The notes beneath the pieces are model-generated. The model made no database searches and was not told where the DNA came from. It saw only the letters and a list, made by a program, of their open reading frames with translations. The translations under genes and the position numbers were made by a program. From a plasmid: 64,000 nucleotides of DNA. Numbering within the stretch: position 1 is the stretch's first letter; each line of letters starts with the position of its first letter. Below, in pieces: positions 22,950 through 32,779 of this stretch. The stretch lies in the sequence record OW969666.1; one strand, 5' to 3'.

Positions 22950-24335
22950 TTACTCTACCCAACCGCCACCCAGCGCGGTAAACAGATTAATTTCGTTAAC
23001 CTGTCGGGAATAGGTAAGATCGAGAATGGTTTGCTGCGTCGCGAAGAGGGAACGTTCTGCATCCAGCACTTCGATGTAACTGACAGCACCACTTGCATAC
23101 AATCCTCTGGCACGCTGTAGAGTTATCTGAAGTGAATCAAGATAACGCTGCTGTGACTCAAGTTGCTGGCTAAGGCTGTCGCGCAGCGCAAGCGTGTCGG
23201 AAACATCCTTAAAGGCTGACTGAATTTTTTGTTCGTAATTAACCACGGACTGTTGCTGGCGAATTTCAGCCAGCTTCAGATTGGCTTTGTTTCTGCCGGC
23301 ATTGAAAATAGGAATTTCAATTTTAGGGATAAAATTCCACATTCCACTTCCTGACGTAAAGAGGCTGGACAGCTCCGTACTGCTTGCGGAAAGGCCACTG
23401 GTCAGGGTAATGGACGGGAAAAAAGCCGCTCGCGCTGCGCCAATATTAGCATCAGCCGCTTTCAACAGGTATTCCGCTTCCATAATATCCGGACGCTGCA
23501 GCAATATTTGTGACGACAGATTTGGTGGCAATTTTACTGGTGCGATCTCCCCACCTTTCATCCCTTTTTCTGACGGAACTGCGCGGTACGTTCCCAGCAC
23601 CAGTTGCAGGGCATTGTTTGCCTGAGCCAGATCGCCTTCTCGTTTGGCTATTTCGGCGCGGGTACTTTCGATTTGCCCCCTGGCTTGTTCAAGCGCCAGA
23701 ACGTTCGTACTCCCGGTCACCAGTTGTTGCTCAACGAATGCATAAGACTGTTCATAATTTTTCAGCGTTTCCCGCGCAATACGGAGTTGTTCGTACGCCA
23801 GTTGCTGGCTGAAATAGCTCTGTGAAACGTTGGAGACCAGCAGGATGTGTACGGCACGACGGGCTTCTTCGCTGGCAAAGTAGTTCTGGCGATCAGCCTC
23901 ACTCATGTTCTTAAGTTTGCCAAAAAAATCGAGCTCATAGCTGAGCTCCAGACCCGCGTCGTACTCCTGTGTGGTCGGCTTGTCACCTTTCAGACCACCG
24001 CTGTATGTGATCCCGGATGAGGCATTCAGTTGAGGATAACGATCTGCATCCGTGACGTTGAACTGGGCCCGGGCCTCTTCAACCTTCAGGGCAGCCATTC
24101 TCAAATCACGGTTATTATTCAGGGCTTCACCGATCAGCCTGCTGACCTGGGGATCGACAAAAAAGTTTCGCCAGCCCGTATCCTGATAGCTGTTTACCGC
24201 AGGCGTCAGACTGTTTTTAGACAATGAAAACTGCTGGGGAACCGGAGCTGGCGGACGCTGATATTCAGGTGCCAGAGAAACACAACCAGCCAGGATGAAT
24301 ATGGTACTGATGCTGAGTAATTTTAATTTGAACAT
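22950..24335 (-). CDS. silC: Outer-membrane factor SilC (CusC family lipoprotein). True start at MFKLKLL, 24335.
   Basis: OMF family with a lipobox (ILAGC) and a coiled-coil/beta-barrel repeat structure. Confidence 0.9.
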   Translation of the reverse strand: MFKLKLLSISTIFILAGCVSLAPEYQRPPAPVPQQFSLSKNSLTPAVNSYQDTGWRNFFVDPQVSRLIGEALNNNRDLRMAALKVEEARAQFNVTDADRYPQLNASSGITYSGGLKGDKPTTQEYDAGLELSYELDFFGKLKNMSEADRQNYFASEEARRAVHILLVSNVSQSYFSQQLAYEQLRIARETLKNYEQSYAFVEQQLVTGSTNVLALEQARGQIESTRAEIAKREGDLAQANNALQLVLGTYRAVPSEKGMKGGEIAPVKLPPNLSSQILLQRPDIMEAEYLLKAADANIGAARAAFFPSITLTSGLSASSTELSSLFTSGSGMWNFIPKIEIPIFNAGRNKANLKLAEIRQQQSVVNYEQKIQSAFKDVSDTLALRDSLSQQLESQQRYLDSLQITLQRARGLYASGAVSYIEVLDAERSLFATQQTILDLTYSRQVNEINLFTALGGGWVE

Positions 24336-24437
24336 AACGCTTCTCGTACAGGCAGACCTGGTAAATGGTTCAAACGAAGTCCAGAGTATTGATAGGGATA
24401 CTTTACCGAACGCTCTCTGTTTGCCGGGTGACAGGAT

Positions 24438-24455
24438 AATGACAATGTTGTCATT
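24438..24455. promoter_or_regulatory. SilR/CusR box in the silC–silR divergent promoter region
   Basis: Palindrome AATGACAATGTTGTCATT. Confidence 0.55.
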
Positions 24456-24524
24456 TTTGCTGTAATCCGTTGATAACGATCGTGGGCGCAATAAAATGAC
24501 ATTAGCAGCCAGCCAGGGAGCATA

Positions 24525-25205
24525 ATGAAAATATTAATCGTTGAAGACGAAATTAAAACAGGTGAATATCTCAGCAAGGGGCTGACAGAGGCGGGGTTCG
24601 TCGTGGATCACGCTGATAATGGTCTGACCGGATATCATCTTGCCATGACAGCCGAGTATGATTTAGTCATCCTGGATATCATGCTGCCTGATGTAAACGG
24701 CTGGGATATCATCCGTATGCTGCGCAGTGCCGGAAAGGGGATGCCGGTATTACTGCTGACGGCCCTTGGCACGATTGAACACAGGGTCAAAGGACTTGAG
24801 CTGGGTGCGGACGATTATCTGGTGAAGCCCTTTGCGTTTGCTGAACTGCTCGCCCGGGTAAGAACCCTCCTCAGGCGGGGAAACACGATGATCACGGAAA
24901 GCCAGCTTAAAGTGGCTGACCTCTCGGTTGATCTCGTATCCAGAAAAGTCAGCCGCGCCGGGAACCGCATTGTGCTCACCAGTAAAGAGTTCAGCCTGCT
25001 GGAATTCTTCATTCGCCATCAAGGAGAAGTTCTTCCCCGCTCCCTGATTGCCTCTCAGGTCTGGGACATGAATTTTGACAGCGACACTAACGCGATTGAT
25101 GTCGCAGTAAAGCGACTCCGCGCTAAAATTGACAACGATTACGAGACAAAACTGATCCAGACAGTGCGGGGCGTGGGCTACATGCTGGAGATCCCGGATG
25201 CATAG
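24525..25205 (+). CDS. silR: Response regulator SilR
   Basis: 226-aa OmpR-family regulator paralogous to PcoR. Confidence 0.9.
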   Translation: MKILIVEDEIKTGEYLSKGLTEAGFVVDHADNGLTGYHLAMTAEYDLVILDIMLPDVNGWDIIRMLRSAGKGMPVLLLTALGTIEHRVKGLELGADDYLVKPFAFAELLARVRTLLRRGNTMITESQLKVADLSVDLVSRKVSRAGNRIVLTSKEFSLLEFFIRHQGEVLPRSLIASQVWDMNFDSDTNAIDVAVKRLRAKIDNDYETKLIQTVRGVGYMLEIPDA

Positions 25206-26673
25206 CAAACCGTCCAGACGACCTTTCTCACTCGCTCTGCGGCTGACCTTTTTTATCAGCCTGTCCACAATACTGGCGTTTATCGCCTTCACCTGGTTTA
25301 TGCTGCATTCTGTTGATAAGCATTTTGCCGAGCAGGATGTCAGCGATCTGCAACAAATCAGCACCACACTAAACCGTATCCTGCAGTCTCCGGTTGATCC
25401 GGATGAAAAAAAAGTAAGCAAAATAAAGGAATCGATCGCCAGCTACCGTAACGTTGCTCTTTTGCTCCTCAATCCCCGGGGAGAGGTGCTGTACAGCTCT
25501 GTGCAGGGGGCTGCTTTACGCTCTGCTGTGAATTCAGCCGATTTTAGCGAGCACAGCCGTGCACGTGATGTCTTTCTCTGGACGGTGGAGGATCCTGCGA
25601 GAGCGATGGATACCGGGTCCGGAATGAAGATGGAAACATACAGAATTATCGCCTCATCTGGTCAGGCGATATTTCAGGGCAAACAGCAGAACTATGTCAT
25701 GCTGACTGGCCTCTCCATTAATTTCCATCTCCATTACCTCGATGCGCTGAAAAAAAATCTGATTGCGATCGCTGTCGTGATAAGTCTGCTAATTGTTCTG
25801 ATCATTCGCATTGCTGTCCGTCAGGGGCACCTGCCCCTTCGTAATGTCAGCAATGCCATTAAAAACATCACCTCCGAGAATCTTGATGCGCGGCTGGAAC
25901 CGACACGCGTTCCCATTGAGCTGGAGCAGCTGGTTATCTCGTTCAATCATATGATTGGAAAGATTGAGGATGTTTTTACCCGCCAGGCCAATTTCTCTGC
26001 CGATATCGCGCACGAGATCAGAACCCCCATCACCAATCTGGTGACGCAGACTGAAATCGCTCTGAGTCAGGATCGAACCCAGAAGGAACTTGAGGATGTC
26101 CTCTATTCCAGCCTTGAAGAGTATAACCGGATGACAAAAATGGTCAGCGACATGCTGTTCCTGGCCCAGGCGGACAATAATCAGCTGATACCTGACAGGG
26201 TTCGGTTTGACCTCAGAGCAGAAGTCATGAAAGTCTTCGAGTTTTTCGAAGCCTGGGCCGAAGAACGAAATATCACGCTCAAATTTAACGGGATGCCCTG
26301 CCTGGTTGAGGGAGATCCACAAATGTTCAGAAGAGCGATCAATAATCTGTTATCCAATGCCCTGCGTTATACCCCAGAGGGACAGGCAATCACCGTCTCA
26401 ATAAGAGAGCAGGAGAGCTTTTTTGACCTTGTGATTGAAAATCCGGGGAAACCAATCCCTGAAGAGCATTTATCAAAGCTGTTTGATCGCTTTTATCGGG
26501 TGGATCCGTCCAGACAACGAAAAGGAGAAGGCAGCGGCATCGGCCTTGCGATTGTGAAGTCAATCGTGGAAGCACATCACGGAAGAGTGCAGGTGGAATC
26601 GGACGTACACTCAACGCGTTTTATCTTATCCGTGCCCAGACTGGAGAAAATGATTCCGGAAACCCAATACTGA
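25198..26673 (+). CDS. silS: Sensor kinase SilS
   Basis: 491 aa with TM helices, HAMP and the HisKA motif AHEIRTP. It overlaps the silR stop. Confidence 0.9.
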   Translation: MHSKPSRRPFSLALRLTFFISLSTILAFIAFTWFMLHSVDKHFAEQDVSDLQQISTTLNRILQSPVDPDEKKVSKIKESIASYRNVALLLLNPRGEVLYSSVQGAALRSAVNSADFSEHSRARDVFLWTVEDPARAMDTGSGMKMETYRIIASSGQAIFQGKQQNYVMLTGLSINFHLHYLDALKKNLIAIAVVISLLIVLIIRIAVRQGHLPLRNVSNAIKNITSENLDARLEPTRVPIELEQLVISFNHMIGKIEDVFTRQANFSADIAHEIRTPITNLVTQTEIALSQDRTQKELEDVLYSSLEEYNRMTKMVSDMLFLAQADNNQLIPDRVRFDLRAEVMKVFEFFEAWAEERNITLKFNGMPCLVEGDPQMFRRAINNLLSNALRYTPEGQAITVSIREQESFFDLVIENPGKPIPEEHLSKLFDRFYRVDPSRQRKGEGSGIGLAIVKSIVEAHHGRVQVESDVHSTRFILSVPRLEKMIPETQY

Positions 26674-26686
26674 GAATAAAGATTTA

Positions 26687-26704
26687 AATGACAAAGATGT
26701 CATT
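26687..26704. promoter_or_regulatory. CusR/SilR-type box upstream of silE
   Basis: Palindrome AATGACAAAGATGTCATT. Confidence 0.5.
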
Positions 26705-26923
26705 AGCCTGTCATGCAGCAAACAGAAGCCATTCGATATAATTAGTGCAACTTATCAGGAAGGCTGGATTGCTTCATCAATACCCGGCGTCAGAGTACGC
26801 CAGGAAATGAATATCCAGTCCTCTCCCGGAGAAATAAACACTGCCGAACCTGTTTCAGTTATGGAACTGAAAACGTCGGTTGTACTTCCCCGGACATCAC
26901 TAATTCAGAAATGGAGATTTATC

Positions 26924-27355
26924 ATGAAAAATATCGTATTAGCATCCTTGCTGGGCTTTGGTTTAATTTCTTCGGCCTGGGCCACTGAAACCGTGAATAT
27001 CCATGAGCGGGTCAACAATGCACAGGCTCCTGCTCACCAGATGCAGTCTGCTGCGGCTCCTGTCGGGATCCAGGGGACTGCTCCTCGTATGGCCGGTATG
27101 GACCAGCATGAACAGGCCATTATTGCTCATGAAACCATGACGAACGGGTCGGCGGATGCGCACCAGAAAATGGTTGAAAGTCATCAGAGGATGATGGGAA
27201 GTCAGACCGTTTCCCCTACCGGGCCGTCGAAGTCATTAGCGGCAATGAATGAGCATGAAAGAGCTGCAGTTGCCCATGAATTTATGAATAACGGTCAGTC
27301 TGGCCCACATCAGGCCATGGCCGAAGCGCATCGTCGCATGCTCAGTGCAGGCTGA
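26924..27355 (+). CDS. silE: Periplasmic silver-binding protein SilE
   Basis: Signal peptide MKNIVLASLLGFGLISSAWA, then repeated HxxM/MxxH motifs. Confidence 0.9.
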   Translation: MKNIVLASLLGFGLISSAWATETVNIHERVNNAQAPAHQMQSAAAPVGIQGTAPRMAGMDQHEQAIIAHETMTNGSADAHQKMVESHQRMMGSQTVSPTGPSKSLAAMNEHERAAVAHEFMNNGQSGPHQAMAEAHRRMLSAG

Positions 27356-27500
27356 CGGCGAGGGAAGTATCTGTGCTGTCCTTATTTCCTTGATAGATTT
27401 TTCCGTAACCGGATATATGGCAACATCTTTGCCCCCTACAGGGGCATTTTTATCAGATTCTGCTACAGTTAACGGGTATCAACTTAAAAGGATATTTTTT

Positions 27501-27851
27501 ATGAAAGCCAGAAACACTTTATTTGCAGTATTATTGTTATCCCTGCCAGCGATTTCAGCAGAACATTCAGAAATGAAAATGACTGATATGTCTACCTCGG
27601 CTTCGTCACAGGAATATATGGCTGGCATGAAAGACATGCATGACAAAATGATGGCTGCCGTAAATGAATCCGATCCCGACAAGGCTTTTGCGAAAGGCAT
27701 GGTAGCGCACCATGAAGGGGCAATAGCAATGGCTGAGACCGAGCTAAAATACGGAAAAGATCCGGAAATGAGAAAGCTCGCACAGGACATCATTAAAGCT
27801 CAAAAAGGTGAAATTGAGCAGATGAATAAATGGCTTGATAGTCAAAAGTAA
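27501..27851 (+). CDS. DUF305-family periplasmic protein (copper-resistance associated)
   Basis: 116 aa with a signal peptide and the DUF305-like region MVAHHEGAIAMA...AQKGEIEQM. Confidence 0.7.
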   Translation: MKARNTLFAVLLLSLPAISAEHSEMKMTDMSTSASSQEYMAGMKDMHDKMMAAVNESDPDKAFAKGMVAHHEGAIAMAETELKYGKDPEMRKLAQDIIKAQKGEIEQMNKWLDSQK

Positions 27852-27927
27852 ACATTGCAGAAATGTCACGACAAGCGTGATTTTACATCGCTCCTGGGCA
27901 CGGGAGTCTGTTAATCTTTATATAATT

Positions 27928-27958
27928 CAAACCCGATTAATTTCGGGTTTTGTATTTT
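27928..27958 (+). terminator. Hairpin terminator between the DUF305 gene and the HNH gene
   Basis: aaacccgattaatttcgggttt followed by a T-rich tract. Confidence 0.45.
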
Positions 27959-28036
27959 CACGCGCCAAATCGGTAACTACCAGGAAATAATGACCGTCTC
28001 TGCAAGCAAGGTAAAAGCATTACTATTGAATAACAC

Positions 28037-28945
28037 TCACCTGTTCTCACCTTTATAATAGCGAATCAAATCCTCCAGAGATATATCGATAGCTACCTGT
28101 TTTAATAACTCCTTTCTCTCATTATATATTTTCTCAAGCATTTCTTCATATCCCTGGCCGAGGTGAATTTGCTTATGGCAATTGCAACACAGCGATATTA
28201 TATTTTCTTCGACGTCAAGCGAAGTGTTAAAATCATCCTGCATGGACATAGGTACAATGTGATGAGGTTCAGTATAATTCAGGGAAGAGTTACGCCTTCT
28301 GAAGGTTGGGTGTTCACCATCGACTTCACATCTGTAACCTGCTTTGTTCAGTGCATTTTTCGAAACCCCTTTATTTCTTGGGTACGAGACGCCATTTTTT
28401 ACTTCAATTGCATGTTTCTTTGGTTTAGCTTCCCCTGTATATTCAAATGCCTGGGCGATATCAAATGTATTATTCGCTTCCATGGCGTTGATCAACTCAT
28501 CGTCTGAGTAATACTCATTGATGGTTATTTCTTCCACACCAAATAAATCCAGCTCTTTAATTGCCTGAACAAGTTCATCACGAATAGTCCATAAGTATCT
28601 TTTTGGTTTTTCACCGGTTTCTTTACTCTTCATGACTGTAATGAATTTTGTGCCAGGTGCTATATTCCCGATCCCTTTAACTTCAAACCTTCCTAGCTCT
28701 TTTTGAACTCTACCACCGAGCCCGTTAATAACGCCATTAGCACTCATACTGTGCTGGTCGTACTTTTTGCCTATATCAAAACATGTGCAGGAATGATTTG
28801 GTTCAATATACCATTTTTTTAACGCCTCAATACTTTTAGAGTCAAAAACCTTTTCATTCATTAACAGATTTTTCCATTCTTCCACACTGATATCAATGTC
28901 GCAGACGTACTCCCCGTCAATTACCTGGCAAATCTTATAGATCAC
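28037..28945 (-). CDS. HNH endonuclease-domain protein with an uncharacterised N-terminal domain
   Basis: 302 aa. The C-terminal HNH motif is EPHHIVP...CCNCHKQIH, and the N-terminal ~200 aa has no recognised family. Confidence 0.75.
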   Translation of the reverse strand: MIYKICQVIDGEYVCDIDISVEEWKNLLMNEKVFDSKSIEALKKWYIEPNHSCTCFDIGKKYDQHSMSANGVINGLGGRVQKELGRFEVKGIGNIAPGTKFITVMKSKETGEKPKRYLWTIRDELVQAIKELDLFGVEEITINEYYSDDELINAMEANNTFDIAQAFEYTGEAKPKKHAIEVKNGVSYPRNKGVSKNALNKAGYRCEVDGEHPTFRRRNSSLNYTEPHHIVPMSMQDDFNTSLDVEENIISLCCNCHKQIHLGQGYEEMLEKIYNERKELLKQVAIDISLEDLIRYYKGENR

Positions 28946-29491
28946 GATCTATCCCCCCTGTAATAAAAAAATCATCACAATACACAGTCCGTTACCCGGT
29001 ATGAGTGCAGTCAGGTAACATCTGCAGTATGCCATATTTTCAGCTCTGGTAAATCAGAAAAACCATTGTCATGGCATCTCAAATTAAATTATTTCTGAAA
29101 TTACTAAACTTCAGCATCCATCACCGACTATACCATGTTTTCTGTCTGGCCCAGATATAATGGACAGTTAGTTCCGCTCATTATCCGCGATGATGAAATA
29201 GTCTCCGGCCAACAAAACCGTACAATGTTTTCAATGACCTGCACTTTTAACTGAACAAGTGAAAAACCATTCAGAACTTAAAATGTTAACAATAATTTCA
29301 TGCTGGCGTGTATGCCACATTATTCACATTTTGCGAATGAAAATAACTGGCATAATTGAATTTAATGATAATGTTACATATTGTCAGCCAGGTTCCGGAA
29401 AGCGAGAACCGGAACCGCACCTGTCCAGCCGGTATTTCCGTCGATGACCCTCGCTTTTTACTGATTTGTGCCCGACTGAGAAATCGGTAAC

Positions 29492-30514
29492 TCAGTTTCG
29501 GAATCGGCGCAGATGAGTTTCCGGAACAAAATAAATGTTGCCGCGCGCCCGTGAGCATGCCACGTACAGCCTGTTACGGGACGATGGTGGAAGGGCTGCC
29601 AGTTCCTGACGGGTCAGAAGCTTCCAGTGGGCGGGCCCCATCACAATGCAGACATCCTGAAAGTGATCGAGCCCTTTGCTGACGCCCCAGTTCATGGAAT
29701 AGCAGCCGTAACGGTGATGCTCACGATAGAAGAGCTTAATCACCGTATTATCGGCGTGCAGGGCGGCTGTGCGCTCTGCATCTGTGATCGTTTCAATCAG
29801 GGTGGCATGTATCCCATGGGCAGCGATACGGATGTTCAGTTGCCCGGTGATAAACTCGCACACCGAAGTCGAGCAACGCCATGTTCGGTTGAGCGTGTTA
29901 CGGTCAACCATGAAACCTGCTGCGGCGAAGCGGGCCTCATATCGCGTAATGTCATCGTGCAGCGCTGAATTAACGTTGCCGTCACGGCTTGTATCAAAGG
30001 TATGCTGATAAAAATCACCGCAACACAGCACAGTGATTTCCGCACGGCAGAGCTCCAGCAGAAAATCAAAGTCATGTCCGGCAAAGTCCTGGACTTCATC
30101 GACAAGCAGTTCATCGTAGTAACGGGCAAGCCGGGTACGGATATCCGGCAGCAGCCCCCGGGCTGTCAGCAAGTGTGCGAGCCTCCGGTGATATAGCCGT
30201 CCGGCGGGATCCTGATAATGCCGGGCATTCGTGCGCGGTATTCCGGGAGGGGGTCGGTCGAAGCTCAGGCCACGCGATGCCAGCCGCTCCTGCAGGAAAG
30301 GCCGGAAGCAAAAACCGTGCAGAAACTCAAACCAGGTCATCACCCTGATCCCGTCCGGGATAAAGCCAAAACGTCTGATAATCTGCGCCCGCAGATGCGC
30401 TTCATTATTCACGGTGAAGGTCAGGATCAGCGTTCTCCGGTCCTCACTCAACCGCCGTATCAGCAGCGTGGTCTTGCCCGAGCCGGCAACCGCAAATATC
30501 ACTCTCTTATCCAT
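29492..30514 (-). CDS. Minimal UvrD/Rep-like SF1 helicase core (GajB-like partner of an OLD nuclease)
   Basis: 340 aa with Walker A AGSGKTT at residues 10–16, DEVQDF (motif II), GDFYQ (motif III), WRCS (motif IV-like) and VACSRARG (motif VI). It lacks the 1B/2B accessory domains. Confidence 0.7.
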   Translation of the reverse strand: MDKRVIFAVAGSGKTTLLIRRLSEDRRTLILTFTVNNEAHLRAQIIRRFGFIPDGIRVMTWFEFLHGFCFRPFLQERLASRGLSFDRPPPGIPRTNARHYQDPAGRLYHRRLAHLLTARGLLPDIRTRLARYYDELLVDEVQDFAGHDFDFLLELCRAEITVLCCGDFYQHTFDTSRDGNVNSALHDDITRYEARFAAAGFMVDRNTLNRTWRCSTSVCEFITGQLNIRIAAHGIHATLIETITDAERTAALHADNTVIKLFYREHHRYGCYSMNWGVSKGLDHFQDVCIVMGPAHWKLLTRQELAALPPSSRNRLYVACSRARGNIYFVPETHLRRFRN

Positions 30515-30747
30515 GCCAGTGCCTCCTGAATATAATCAGGTACCGTCAGCTCTTCGGCGTGCAGCTGTAACAGCCGGAATGCTGCTTCTGCCTTATTGGC
30601 CAGCATGTATTCCTGCACCGTGAGTGTTCGGCGGGTTCCGCGGAAAAGCGCGTCACACAGAGCAGCGTTATCCTGATACAGGCAGATTTCAAATGTGGAT
30701 CGGGTGTTGTCGCGATCAGCAAATGCCCGGGTGCGGGAACACAGCAC
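30499..30747 (-). pseudogene. C-terminal TOPRIM segment of the OLD-family gene in an alternative frame (apparent frameshift at ~30790–30850)
   Basis: 82-aa ORF in a different minus-strand frame. It contains AFADRDNT (TOPRIM DxD motif) and a conserved-looking C-terminus, and overlaps the helicase start by 16 bp. Confidence 0.5.
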
Positions 30748-32060
30748 GTCAGCATAGCGTTCATCGCAGTTTTGCTGATAGTTTCCGTCATTATCACGAA
30801 GGGCCGCGACGCGATTTTCCAGAAGACGGGCAGTTCAAGATAACGACGGAAACTCGTTCCGCCGATAGCGATGATGTGAACCCCGTCATCCTCCGGCGCC
30901 CTGCCATACAGGCGGCGATAAAAGGCCTCAATCAGAATAAACTCAGCATCCCCCTCCACGAGCAGTGCACGTCTGGCTAGCGCAAATTCCAGCACGTTAT
31001 TATCCGGTGCTTTCATGAAGAAGGCGGCAGTCTCAGCGGAAAGTTCATTCATCAGTACCGGCCGGGTAGATCCGAGGAGGATTGCCTTACGTAGATCGAG
31101 GCGGGAGGAGATATGGCTGCTGTGTGTGGCAATAAACACCTGCGTCTGCCGTTCAGTGGCAAGCTGATTAACCAGCCTCTTCATACTGACATGGCTGAGA
31201 TGATTCTCCGGCTCCTCAAGCAACAGTGCGTGGAGCTCTCCCTGCTGCTGATGCCGCTGCAGCGCAAACTCTGTTTTGATGAAGCACTGCCTTCCTTTTC
31301 CACGGTGACGAATGGAAATACCGTCCTCGGTAATGTCCAGATTCGCCTCAAGACCTGATTTAGCACCGGAACGCACGCCAAACTGATACGTTTCCAGCGT
31401 GTCGTTTATGGCTGACAGATGCCGGGTGCAGAAGAGCATTTTCTGTTGCCGGTAACTGTTTTCAAGCCGGTAACGATCGGCCACCGGCACATTGACGCTG
31501 TAAACTGTGCGCGTATATTCCTGTGCGGCGTGCTCGTTATCGATGCGTGCACTGTCTAACAGCAGATGGCGCAGATAGCGTCTGAAGCCGGCGAAATGAC
31601 CACCGGAGAAGGTGCTGAACCGCACGGAATAGTATTCATAGGGAAAATTATCGGGATCCTGCTGTAGTACATTGTGAATATCCTGACCGTATTCCTCCGT
31701 CATTGGTGCAATGCGCATTCTGAGTCCATCCGCATCGATACCCGCCAGATTTTGCCTGCCGTTCAGGTCAGGATCTCCCCCATTACTCAGGAAAACGTCA
31801 GCTGTCAGCACGGGTAACAGCTCGGCGCGGCGCTCACCTTCCTGAAAATGCCTGACTGCTGACTGGGACAGGAGCGATTCCACACCCAATGCCTCGACCC
31901 GGTGCCGGCTGTCACTCAGCACAAGGTCAAGGGCCAGCAGAATCGTGCTTTTCCCGGACTCGTTGTCACCGACCAGAATGTTACGGTCATGAGTGAAGCG
32001 CAGATCCAGTTCCGGAAACTTTTTAAAGTTTTGCAGCATAAGCCGCGTGATCAGAGGCAT
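30546..32060 (-). CDS. OLD-family ABC-ATPase / TOPRIM nuclease (class-2 OLD, GajA-like). Its 3' end reads out of frame (see 30499–30747).
   Basis: N-terminal P-loop GDNESGKST, an ABC signature/D-loop region, then the TOPRIM glutamate LLVEGDAEFILIEAF. The last ~50 residues of the ORF look like frame-shifted junk. Confidence 0.75.
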   Translation of the reverse strand: MPLITRLMLQNFKKFPELDLRFTHDRNILVGDNESGKSTILLALDLVLSDSRHRVEALGVESLLSQSAVRHFQEGERRAELLPVLTADVFLSNGGDPDLNGRQNLAGIDADGLRMRIAPMTEEYGQDIHNVLQQDPDNFPYEYYSVRFSTFSGGHFAGFRRYLRHLLLDSARIDNEHAAQEYTRTVYSVNVPVADRYRLENSYRQQKMLFCTRHLSAINDTLETYQFGVRSGAKSGLEANLDITEDGISIRHRGKGRQCFIKTEFALQRHQQQGELHALLLEEPENHLSHVSMKRLVNQLATERQTQVFIATHSSHISSRLDLRKAILLGSTRPVLMNELSAETAAFFMKAPDNNVLEFALARRALLVEGDAEFILIEAFYRRLYGRAPEDDGVHIIAIGGTSFRRYLELPVFWKIASRPFVIMTETISKTAMNAMLTCCVPAPGHLLIATTPDPHLKSACIRITLLCVTRFSAEPAEHSRCRNTCWPIRQKQHSGCYSCTPKS

Positions 32061-32133
32061 CTTTTATTCCTTTATATACCGCTGACTGAAAGAGTGTCCG
32101 GCAGCGCCAGACCGCCTGTTTTGTATTACAGCG

Positions 32134-32544
32134 TTATCTTACCCAGTCTTCCAGCACCAGACCCGGCACCCGCTCAAATTCCCGCACATTATTGGTCACC
32201 AGCACGGCACCGGCGGCGATGGCGTGCCCGGCGATCGCCGTGTCGTTCGGCCCGATCGGCGTGCCGGCGAGGCGCAGCGCCACCTTAATTTCCGTGGTCG
32301 CGTCCACCGCGGTACGGTCCCAGGGCAGGATGGCATCAAGGCGGGCAGCGAAGGCGTCAGCCAGCTTCTGTGCGGCTGGTCCTGCTTCCTGTGATGCCAG
32401 TGACACTTCGGCCCAGGTGATGGCCGAAACCACAATGCGGTGACCCCGCAGCACCGCCTGCTCCAGGCGCTTCAGGACGGCTTCCGGCTGCTCGCGCATG
32501 ATGAACGAGCAGATGTTGGTGTCGAGCATATACATTTTGTTCAC
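32134..32544 (-). CDS. vapC: PIN-domain toxin VapC
   Basis: MLDTNICSF...PIN acidic residues. Overlaps vapB by 4 bp. Confidence 0.8.
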   Translation of the reverse strand: MNKMYMLDTNICSFIMREQPEAVLKRLEQAVLRGHRIVVSAITWAEVSLASQEAGPAAQKLADAFAARLDAILPWDRTAVDATTEIKVALRLAGTPIGPNDTAIAGHAIAAGAVLVTNNVREFERVPGLVLEDWVR

Positions 32545-32771
32545 AGGTTAACCCGTCCTTCGTCGCTGACAACGTCCCCGCGCTCAGCCATAAAGTCCGG
32601 GTCAGCTTTTTCGAGCTCCAGGAACGAGCCCCAGGTCGGCCGGACGGGACGCAGAATAATGCTGTCCCCTTCCCGGACGATCTCCAGCTCGCTCACCCCC
32701 TCAAAATCCAGATCGCGGGGCAGGCGGATGGCGCGGTTGTTGCCGTTTTTGAAAATAGATACGGTTCTCAT
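32541..32771 (-). CDS. vapB: AbrB/SpoVT-type antitoxin VapB
   Basis: 76 aa, 'KNGNNRAIRLPRDL' swapped-hairpin motif. Confidence 0.75.
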   Translation of the reverse strand: MRTVSIFKNGNNRAIRLPRDLDFEGVSELEIVREGDSIILRPVRPTWGSFLELEKADPDFMAERGDVVSDEGRVNL

Positions 32772-32779
32772 GATTTTTC

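Noticed and set aside
30624-30980. 118-aa plus-strand ORF in the OLD/helicase junction
   Set aside because: Antisense to the OLD-family gene's 3' region. The frameshift analysis accounts for this DNA.
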